Source of the DNA: Tubiluchus corallicola
Taxonomy: Eukaryota; Animalia; Priapulida
NCBI GenBank assembly: GCA_030141605.1
Contig: JAQGDQ010001067.1
Span: 1 to 64,000 of the forward strand
Direction of reading: 5' to 3'
Length of the DNA stretch: 64,000 nucleotides
Shown: positions 39,242 to 51,201 of the stretch, one piece after another
How positions within the stretch are numbered: the first letter of the stretch is position 1
Layout: every line of letters starts with the position of its first letter
The notes under the pieces: generated by a model
Databases searched by the model: none
What the model saw: the letters and a program-made list of their open reading frames with translations, nothing else
What the model was told of the DNA's origin: nothing
Position numbers and translations under genes: made by a program

Positions 39242-42200
39242 ATGGATGATGAAACTGATACCAGAGAACAGATATTTCACAATGTTGTACGGGAGCACAT
39301 TGTAAGTAATGCCAATGAATAAGAAACATTTATTTGTTTGCCTTCCAAATAAATACAGAAAACTATAAAAATCATGACAATATTCAACAGTATTTAAAGA
39401 AGAGTGGGATGGCGAAAGACCAATATGGTCATCTAGTCTGCCATCCCTAAATAATGAAATTACTAATCACTGCATGGCTAGGAGCAATGATATTATAGTA
39501 AAAAGTAAAGAATGTAGGCAAAGGATCAAAAGTAAATTGATGGCGAACAATAGTGGAAAATATAACGTTGTGCAAATGACGCAAAACAAAAGTGAAAAAT
39601 AAAAGTAATTAAATCAGTTTTCAATGAGCAAGAGTACACTGGTAGTTTCCTAAATGTATATAAAGCAAATAGCTAATTGTTTAATCAGTGAAGCGAAGTA
39701 TAGTATATAATTGTATGTTCATATTGTTTTTAACTCACTGAATAAGAAGTAAAATTGTAAGCAAAATAAAACAAATTGTTAAAGCAACTTGGAATTATGT
39801 TACATAATGTTTTAATTTTACATGTTGTACATACTAGTGAAGCATTGTTTTTAAAAATTTAGAACGATATGATATTTATGATTAAGGTGTTTGATACTGT
39901 AATATTGTAGAAATTATGGCAAACACTGGATTAAATAATGCTGATGTATTGATAAACGAGTACACTACTTGCAAAGGAAACTTGTTAGTGTTAAGTACAT
40001 GCCTTTAACTATTGATAATAATACAAATAAAGCAGATGACGTAATCACTGTAGGATTAGACTAACAATTGGAAGAGCTAACAAAAGAAAAGAAAGCCAGC
40101 TAACTAGAGTGTCCGACACTATTTAATCGGAAATGTGTATATACTATAAATTGCTAAACAGTACAATTTCTTTGCATTTAATTGACACTATATTTGTTTA
40201 TTAAAGTCAAACTATATTGCTTGGCTAATACATGGAGCGAATTTACATTTTTTCAATACACTACTCAACTCATTTAATAAAATTATTCCTTTATTGCTTT
40301 ATGGAATTCAACACCCCCCTCACCCCCCCCCCCCATAATCTATGATATCTAAATTGATAAAAATTATCATGTGTAACAGGTCTTGTTGAATTGTTGTGTA
40401 TTTGACTAATTTTAATAAATAGTTACTGTATAATTCTGGGAGCAAGTTGTTAGTGTATCTGTACACAAACGTAGCTAATTCCAGTTTGCAAATGTCTCTT
40501 AGTTTTAGTAGTTTGAGTTTGATGTATGAAGGAGTTGCGTGATCGCAAATTTTGGCGAAAGTCATTATTTTTACAATTTTGTTTTGTGCAGTCGTTACAG
40601 GTTGCAGTGTACTAGCTAATGCAATACTAGCTTATGCCCCAACGTAAAACGCATTACTGCAAGTAGGGGTAGACAACAAAAAGATACGCCATTTGGAGAG
40701 TTGGGATATCCACATATTGTCTTAACGTCCACGTAATGATTCCTCATCAGTACCCAGTGATTCGTTATCATTCATAATTTTATACTTTTTCACAATAGTT
40801 AAATTATTATCATTACGATTAGCATCATCTCATTGTCATTTTCTTAGTTGACAAAGTAAAGAATCAGTAAATAAACAAAATCAGTAGTGGTGATAATAAT
40901 AATAATAATAATAAGACTATTATTACACATATATGAGTGTATGAGGAATGATGAGGCAAAGATACACTGGGCTGAAGTACGCACCATCACAAATGGATGT
41001 TATTTTAACCTCCAATAATTACTCATTCTATTTTTAAATATCTACTTTTTAGCATCACACTTGGCATCTTCAAAAGGCAACATATGACTATGCAATTTGT
41101 ACTGTACTGTACTGTATTGCAATATACTAGATACCTCCTATGTGGTGTACATGGAGGTGGAATGTTTTACAGATAAATCACGTTAATTAGATGCTAAGGA
41201 AAGATTGATCAGTGATCAGTAAATAAAAATTAATCAATAAGGCTGACTGCTCATCACCAGATGACATTCGTTGCCAAATAGATGCTAATACCTTCTTCTT
41301 AATGGAAAAAGAAAAACTAGCAATGTAAATATTTATTATCAGTGAGCAAGTCGTTAAAGTTATGAGCATATTTTGCAGAGAAGGTAATCTTGTGAAGCAA
41401 ACTCAAATTAGCAGGTGGCAATTGAGTACCACCTAGAACACAAACAAATACTATCTAAAATTTCAGTGTTTATATACCTGTAGCACTGAGCTACTAGAAC
41501 AGATTTCTGGCACTCAATTATTGAAACTATACTTTCTTGAATTTCTGTGAAAGTTTTTCTTCTTCCTTCTTCCTGTGATCATGTGTTATTGTATGATTTT
41601 TGATGATAGTCAAAAAATCTCTTTGTAGCTGGTTTACCCACACCATGTACAAGGCAACCACATTTCCTTCTGATTCTTCATGGAGTAAGTGGCAAGTTGA
41701 AATTATTGAAGTCTAGGATCATGATCACTTTCTTTTAATGCTGGCCTTAATTCTGTTTGGGAATTGGGTGGAAAACAGAAGGCCAACTCTTCCTAGCATA
41801 ATTTTCCTATTGTCTTTCTTCTGTCACCCTCATTCTCTTCATCTTCTAATGGCGTCTATTTCAGTTTATTCTCACTCATTTTTTCTCTCTGATTAGCAAA
41901 AAGTGATTTCTGCTAATTGCCTTCCTATAGCATGCTTCCTCAGAACAATTTCAGAACAGTCACTTACAGTTTTTCATTATTTGAAGTTTCACAAGGTTTA
42001 CATGGTTTTGAGGATCTACTTTCAGTCAATGACATTTTGATTGTGGTTGATCCCTTAGCTTCCTCAGAACAATTTCAGAACAGTCACTTACAGTTTTTCA
42101 TTATTTGAAGTTTCACAAGGTTTACATGGTTTTTAGGATCTACTTTCAGTCAATGACATTTTGATTGTGGTTGATCACTTAGCTGTAAACTGAGGGATGT

Positions 42201-45200
42201 ATATATATGTTATTTGAGAAAGTAGAGATGCTCTACTACAAAACATGTCATAGTTAAAATACATTTTGCTAAACTTCAAAATTTGCTAATTTTTATTTCC
42301 AGATTTTTCTTCTTCTGATAATTATGCTCTACTTACTGTCTTATGCCATCATTCGGCTATACAAGCGCAGAGCAGAAAGTGATGACTATTATTCAGGTAA
42401 GTGTGACATGTGCTGCAATTTGTTTTGCACATTGTAACATGAATTTACATGTATGTTCCAAAACAGACCTGAGTGCCCGAGGAATGTATCCCACAAGAGA
42501 CAACATAACGAATTTATGTACAAGTGCGACCAAAAGTGATCGTGTAGAAATATACTTAGATCTAATTTGTAATAACTCTGTGGGTCTGGTTTCCTATAAC
42601 TGTGCGAATTATCAATAAAAAATATAATTCAAAGTTCAAAAAAACAGTATGATAGTTAGCTAGGAAGATCAGATTAGTTTAGTTAAATTTCAGTACAGAT
42701 AATTCTACATTCTCTTGTTTAACTGACTCATTTCTTAGGCATAATGTTTTTGAAAGAAAAAAATTTTCCTACCTTTTATACTTTTAGTCTTTCTGTAATA
42801 ACAACTGAAGTCATACATTAAACTCATTTTCATGCAAGAAAGGTATTGAACTGTTTCATTAGTCAGAGTAACTTCTAACTGCTGTACATTGGAGTCATTC
42901 CATGTCAATTCACCCAAAATTTTAGATTGTCTACACCCGACCATCTTGGATTTTGATGAAACTTGGCAGTTATTGGGCCTTATGAAAATAATTTGTGTTC
43001 AAAAATTTGCCTGAAATTTCAAAAATTCATATCTCAATACCTACTTGACCAATATTCATGGGAGAGGTGTTGTTTTAGTCAGGAAAATACCTAGAATCCA
43101 AATCCAGGCTCATATTCAGCCTTTCTGATGATTTTCTGTTGACGGTCTTTTGACCCAGTTTTTGACCTTGACCTTGACCCCATGGATAAAAAATCTTTGG
43201 CCCCAACGTTAGTGAGCATGAAAGGTTATCCTGTTAGCTACCACATACCAAAAATTGATTGACATAAAATTTTAAACATAAACTCTATATATTTTCATGA
43301 GGCCCAATAACCATGCCAAGTTTCATCATAATCCGAGATGGTCGAGTGTAGGCCACTGGGTGAATTGACATGGAATGACCCTATGAATAACCAATAAAAA
43401 AACTTTTAAACAAAGCATTTGCAACCAAAGTGCACTCAATTCTGTTTCAACCATATAAGTGTTGAAAGAAATACTAAATTAGAAAGCCTGAAAAAGTTTT
43501 GCACCTCCACCGGGATGCGAACACAGTGGCGAAAGAAAGTTGCTCATTATTAGATTTACGTAGCATATAAACAAGTCAACCTGCTTTTAACTGTACATTT
43601 GCCTTTTTGATTATTGATTGACTGTTATTTCACTGGTTATGCTCAATACTCTGTAAAAATTTTCTTTTATGGAGTTATTAAAATTTTCAGCTTGCCGTTA
43701 ACAATACATTAAAGGAAAGGGCAAACCTTTAGGAAGTTAGGCTGATTTCAATGTTCACGAAGAATATTAGAAGGACTTAGTAATAAAACTGCAATAAGCG
43801 CCTCGTGTAATTAGTAAAATCACTTTAAAGTCGCGATCACTTCATGCTTGGGCAATCCCCGTTTTCAATCCCCATTCTTCGACTAACGTCATTCGCCTCA
43901 AAGAAAAGTTGCACACTGTCAGCCTTTGCCAAAAGTATAATAAGTTTTTATAAAAAAAATAGATAGCTAATTTTGTAATATTTCTGCGTGAAAATTAGGT
44001 AAGCTGCAGAAGTGTGAATTTAGTTTTAGCAATGTGCGCTGGCAGAAAGCCACGGCACGCTTACGAAAAGAACGAAGTCTCCCAGTTACGTCATGATTTT
44101 CAAGTGAATGGTGACCACCACCACACCTGAAAATTTCTATTCAGAGGTAGTATATTTGCAATTTTTCTAAATTTAAGTGATAACAGTAAAATAAACCCAA
44201 CATACTAAGTGACTTGTTCTTTCCTTTAAATCCAATAATCAGTTCTCTCAATTGCAGAAAGAATTAGTTGCTGCAGCATAAGTGCAAGTGAGTGTGTCAG
44301 CAAATATATGCTAGAGTTTTTGATTGAGACTGAAGGTGGAAAGACGAAAGACTGTGTACTACGTAGAATAAGTGAATTAGAATGTAGTGACAAAATGTTG
44401 CTATATAAGTAGATGGTATTATTTAATACTGAGGTTGAAGATTATAAAAAGAGTATATTACAGTGTACTATTTCGATGAAATTAAAAGTTATATTTATAA
44501 TGAGCTGATTACTGGCATCTGTCAACCTAATTTGAAAAACATTTTTTTGCTTTCTGCAATATAAAGAACACAGACTGAGGCGCATTATTTGTATATCTTG
44601 CACTAGTTGTGCAGTATTGCTCATTTGTTTCAAATTCTGACCAGTGCAGCTATATTCGCTACACCTGATTAGCTTATTTTTTAAAGCATCCTGAAATTTT
44701 TAAGGTGTAGAAAAACTATACTAAATAAGCAAGGTTAGCTCAGTTCTGAATTAGTTTCTTTATATTTTAGAATTTTATTTAAGACTTTATGTACATGTCA
44801 ATAGTGCAAACTTATATACATCACAAATAACTTAGAAAGAAATTTCGTCTATGACAACATCGTATACTTAGTGCAGTAAATAATAAACACAGAGATTTTT
44901 CTCAAACAATATTCAATCAAACATTTGCTACTAGTGTTTTAGAGATAGGAGCTTACATCCTACCTTTACAGTAATTAACCTACAGATTGTCAATTTGTGA
45001 TATAAATACAAACGGTGCCTATTATGATGTGAGTGGTTTCCAGTACAATAAGGCATTAACAAACAAGACTGGTAGGTTTAAATATCTTTTACAAGCATCA
45101 ACATATAATAACAGTTTGTATGTGCTACCACATGATTTTTTATTGATAAGCAATGACTCTGCAGTAATTTTATTAACTGTAAGACCTTGGTAATTATTTT

Positions 45201-48200
45201 TCACTAATATTCATTGATCCCACCTAGTCACTGTAATGACAGCATCCCTAAGTGTCACAGCAGTTTTTCATTGGCTGTAACTTTGTGATTTTACTCAGTA
45301 TCTCCAGTTTGGACTTCAGAGATTCTGGCTTACTCCGTATGCCCCTCTGTTGGTACTGGTCATGAAGTTGGTCGACTGTCCTGAAGTTCCCCTGTAAAAT
45401 CCATCATTAATCGTGTGTTTAACATTTTGTGGTAGCAGTCCAGGACTAGGATCTTCAAAGCCAGTGCCACCAGGTGGTGCTAATCCCATGCCGCCTGTTT
45501 GAAACTGTTTGGAGCTTGGTACTGGTGGTGCCTGCACTCCTGCCATCTTGTAGTTTCCTGGCGGCCTTTGTGCATTAGGTTGTGGTCCATATGGTTGTGG
45601 GCCCTGTGGCTGTGCTTGTGAGTTGAGTTGGGGTCCAAATGGCTGTGACTGAGCTTGTGGTTGTGGTTGTGGTTGAGGTTGAGATTGTGGAGGTGGAGGT
45701 GGTGGAGCATTTCCTTGAGGGACCGGACGAGGTGGTGCTCTAGGGGGTCTTCGGGGATCGTACGCAGGATTGTATGTGGGACTTGGGCCAAACACTGTTG
45801 GTGAACCATAGACTTTCTGCATTGCTATGCTGAATTCATATGCTCCACTTCCTGGTGTCATCATGTTGTGATTTTGTCGTGGTGGTGGAGGCCCACGAGA
45901 TGTTGAACTGTATTGTGGTTGGGCACCCATGGGGGTTTGCAGCTGATGTTGTTGTAAGACAGGCGGTGGTTGTGCACTTGGAAAATTTTGTGTTGCTGGT
46001 TTTCCTGCATATGGTTGGATTGCTGCTGATGAGTAAGATGATTTCAACATTGGATGCTGCTCTGCTGAAAGTGCTGGGTATTGCTGCGTTCCTTGATAAG
46101 GCTGTATTGCTGCACGCTGTGGGGTTGCTACGTATTGTTGTGATGATACTCTACCTTGATGGTTTGTTTGGTAGGGCTGTGCTACTTTGTAAGGCCGTAA
46201 CACAGGATGCTGAGTCGTCGTTTGATACTGTGTCAATACTGCGTGCACTGTGGATGGTTTATAAGGTTGTAGTACTGGATGCAGAGTTGTCCCTTGGTAT
46301 GATGTAAATGCTGGCTGATATGATGGAAGCATTGACTTTTGAGTCACAGGTTGGTAAGTTTGTTGCTTTGGTTTTGGTACTGCTTGGTATGGTTGTAACA
46401 GTACCTTTGCTGTGGCTGCTTGATATGGCTGCAGTACCGGCTTCTGGGTTGCAGCTGGGTAGGACGGCACTACAGGTTTGGGTTTGACTGCTTGGTATGG
46501 TTGGAGTGTTTGCTTTTGCGTGACTGCTTGGTATGGTTGCAGTTTTTGGGAAGGGTACATTCCTATTGATGATAGTGATTGTAATGATGCACCATAGTTT
46601 GGTGTTGACTGATACTGTGGTGAGCGTGTGATTGTCTGCAGATATTGTGGTGGTAGTGTGCTGTGTGTTTTCATTGCTTCCACTCCAGCAGTCTCTGGAG
46701 TTGGTGTTCCACCTGGCCCTCTCATTGGGTACATGGCATTGGTCAACGACCAATTATGTACCTGTAAAATAAAACATACTTATAACAGCTGTCGTTTCCA
46801 TTCACAATAGTGTCGAGAGAATTACTATAACGATCCTGATATGCAGACTTATGATGTTTTAAATTAAAATGTTTTAAATACTAAGTTGCATCAGTGTTTC
46901 CTCATTAATGTAGTCACTCTTTGTGCTTTCAAATTTTTCACTAATGTGATACTAATTATTACTGTTTTGGCTGTTACAAGTATTTTTGGGTGGTGTTCTG
47001 TGTCTTATTGGCCTGTAGTAATAATTATTTTAGTGTGAACATGTGGTGTAGTACTACTATTCAAAGTATTGATTTTGTTAAGACCATATTTGGGCTGTAG
47101 ATTTTATGTGAGATTGATATGATATTTTATAATGTCATTCATGCAGTCAATAACAATTTTTGTTCACATTTTTTTTCTTTGAAATACATCACAAGCAACA
47201 AGACTCATTGTAGACGTTAAACTGTAGACTAAGTCACCTGCCATAAGGGAGCCCGGTTTTTCAGTTTGGGTGCAATACACCAAATGCAGTCATAGATCTC
47301 TAACAGATTAGACCTCAGACAGGTCAGACCCAACACAGGTTAGACCTAACACAATAGACCAGACTTCAAATGGACTAGCCACAGACCAGATTTCAGACAA
47401 ACCAGCCACGCACCACACACCACCAACAGATCAGATCTTAGACAGATCAGACTCCAGGCAAACTTCTCACAGACTGGTAGACCTTAGACAGATAATCACA
47501 GACAGGCCACGAACAGACCAGCCACACGCCACCAGTAGATTATATCTCAGACTGATAGACCCCAGACAAATGTCTCAAAGACTGGTACACCTCAGACAGA
47601 TAATCACAGACAGACCAACCACACACCACCAATAGATCATATCTCAGACAGATCAGACTCCAGACAAACTCTCACAGACTACTGGCAGACTTCAGACAGA
47701 TAATCACAGATTAGATCTCAGACAGACCAGACCTCTGATAGATCAGGCCGGAGGCAAACCTAACCCCATATAGATCATCCAGTGACGTAAAATTTTTACG
47801 TAGTGAAGAATTTTGTGATTTGTTACACAATGCAGCATTCATGTTGCAGTGTTACAATATGAACCTTTTCTTACATAATAAATCTTAGAATCACTATGAT
47901 AAATTTGGAATAGTACTAGCTACAGTTGTCGTTTGTAGTTGTTGCTATATATGTACTATAATTTATGTATGTTGCCGTGGGACCACTTATTGGTAATCAA
48001 CGTATAAGTTGTTAGTTGAGAACATGTTTGTAACCTACTTACCAGAATAAAAACGATAAAAAACATATTTCCTAGGCCCATCCTGCAGTTACTTCATGTG
48101 TGCTAAAAATAACAATTAAGATTTTACATTATGGCTGTTGGTCCCATATTTTTTTGTAGTCATTTTCAAATTGCAACTATTGTTAGTATATTAAGCTTAC

Positions 48201-51141
48201 TGTACTAAAATTAATACAGTAAATTGCTATCACTAAACTAGCATACATTTGATTAAAAAACTATTATTTGATACATTATGTATAAATTAAATAACGTATT
48301 TACTTACCTTTTTGTTAATAATGTATTTGCTCTTCAATGTATGTATACAAAAATCGCTGTTTCTCACAAATAATAATAGCTTACGCTAACGTTTCACGTA
48401 TCAGTCAGTATTAGTTATTATATGACACACTGACCAAGTCCATGCATAGACACCACAAGGCAAATAATGATGACAAATGAAAGTACTGAATTGGCTGTAA
48501 GTTCCATGTTACAGATTAAATGTTCTACTAACCTTTAAATTTACTTGAAACTGACCTGATTCAAAATATCATAAAACTGAGCTCTTTTTCATTTCCATTG
48601 TTAACTGGCTGTTCATGATGGGGTTAAGAACCATGAGATCCTGGTCGAGTTTTGATGTTTCTTTGTTACGTAGACACTCTATAGCACTTTTATTTTTTAA
48701 AATTGAACTTAGACAATAGTTCACTTCAGACTTTGGAGATAAGATCGCAGTTACGTTCCTCAACTCGGACAGTAAATTTACCTACATTACCTCCATTTTT
48801 ACCTTTTCTTTCTGTGACTATTTTTCAGCAAATAGCAAGTTGCCATTTTTATTTTGAGAGGAAATTTTTCGTTTTCCTTTGCCTAAAACTTGTTCAGTTA
48901 AAGACTTTCCTAAGATTATTTGTAGAAAGAAAACGTTTGTGTACAAAACCCATTGATGTGCTTGCTGAGCTTTCAGGTCTCGAATGACCTTTATTAAGGT
49001 TTTGATTTTGTTATCGGACCCAGAATGTTGACTATAAATGCAATTCACTATACTTTGATTGTGTGTCTGTCCAACATATTATTTTATGGCGCTGACTTCA
49101 ATATGACCGTTGATAACTACATGAATATAGAGCTTTTATAGCCTCGTTTCTACCATAATTTACTCATCTATATACAACTGTAATCTGGTCATACCACAGA
49201 ATCTGTAACATGATCACTGTCATGGTAAATCAGCTATGTGGAATATCTAGCTGCCTCATCATCAAACAGATAAAATATGTCATTAAATTATAAATACCAT
49301 TGCAACTGCTAATAAAAAATTTTATTAGCTTACTGAAATGTGGGAGTTTACTATTCTTAGAATCCTAGAAAATTCTTATTTCCATCTCTGTTTCTTAGCC
49401 ACTTTTACCACTTAAAAGAAGAAAGCTATGCTCTGCATATATATTACAATTGAGAATACTTATTCCATGATATTGGAATTGATTTTTCATTGACCGTGTA
49501 GAAATTGGAATCAAAATAAATTAATGATTGCTGTATTTTATTTTTATTCTAGGTGATGAAGATTTCATTGTTTACAGAATAGTGTAAGTAGTTATTCATT
49601 AATTTTACTAATAAATTAAATTTACTTGCATTATTAGTTAATAAATAATTAACTTTATTGTTCTGATAGTTTGACATTTTTACATGTGTGAGATAACTTT
49701 TAGCATTGAGTCATGGGTAGTCACAAATTTTACATTCAGAATGTCTGGCCACTGTGGGATTCGCCCATGAGTTTGAACTTGACAGAATGTCAGCTACCTC
49801 AGGTGTGGCTTATACTTGTTAGTCGTTGTAAAATTCTAACCCTTAAATACGAAAATGTATTATATTGCTAATAAAAAGGTTTGGTAGTATTCACATTGCA
49901 GTGGAAAAATGGACTGTCAGATCTTTTATGGCTGAATTTTCACGCCAGTAGCTTTACGTAAATTTTAATAGTTTGCAGCTGGGAAGTGGACCTTGGTTAA
50001 ATGTGTGAGTACATTTTATAATTACAGTCGTTCCCTTATTATAAACCTGGCTCTGCTGGGACTTCACTTCATAGCATGAGTAAAGCGGCCCTTTGAGAAA
50101 GAAAGAGTGAGAGAGAGAAACAGACAGACAGACAGACATGCTTCAAGTGTGTACAGTTCCTGCGAGGATAAAGCGGTCATAAAAGTCGTTCATCGCTTGT
50201 TAAGGCTTTTAAAATAAAAGAGCTGCTGACGAAAATGAAATTCACAATTAACTGGGTGTCTAATCTTATGAAGGACATTTTACATTATTAAGGACATTAA
50301 TTATTTTACTTATTTTTATTAAAGCAGGGCAGCTGTTTTTGAGCCTGGTGCATCCTGAGTTTTTCAATTATAACAGTTTTTTCACTTTATGAATATTACT
50401 GGCGATAAAGACAAATTATGTTTTCGTCCTTGATGCATAAAATTATGGAAGTGGTGTGCAGTGTACAAATTTCGCCTCTTAGAAAAGACCTTGATTTACC
50501 ATATATTAAGTAAAACTGTCGAACTGTGCATCATTCAAGAGTTGATTGTGTCCTATCTCGTTGTAATCATAATTTCCAGATTGGGGAGTACAGGTCGTTG
50601 ATGAGTAATGTCTAGCTACAAAACCTCAATTTTTGCTGATCAGCGTTTTAGGATATGCTGTATCAGTTTTTGAAAATTTTGCCCAGTGGCGCGCTATAAC
50701 GCTATTATAAAGTTTAACCAAGCACGAAGTTAACGTTGGCCTTGTTGGCTAATTCACGATAATAATAATAATCACATGAAATATAGTTCCAGATATCAGT
50801 TATATTTGTTGTTTAAAATGTAGTGCATTCCAGCAGCTTAATTATACTAATACATTTAATGAAAATGTTCTGGAATGCATCATGTCCTGGGGCATGAAAT
50901 ACTTCACTGGTGAATAGATGCACATCTCATTGATTCTTGGGTTACACAATTTCGCCATCTCCGAATGTAAAAACTGAATTTCTAGTCTTCTATTATTATT
51001 TTTATTGTTATCATTATTATTACTATTATTATTATTGTTGTTGTTGTTGTTGTTGTTGCTGCTGCTGCTGCTTGCTGCTGCTGCTGTTGCTGTTGTTGTT
51101 GTTACTATTATTATCATTATTATTATTATTATTATTATTAC

Positions 51142-51201
<60 letters not shown>

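Noticed and set aside
46259-46753. Overlapping Thr/Ser-rich ORF as a second gene
   Set aside because: Alternative-frame shadow of the repetitive Pro/Gln/Tyr ORF, with no independent support.
48569-49200. Possible upstream coding exons of the nested gene
   Set aside because: Frames are broken by stops and lack good splice pairs; more likely an old LINE remnant.
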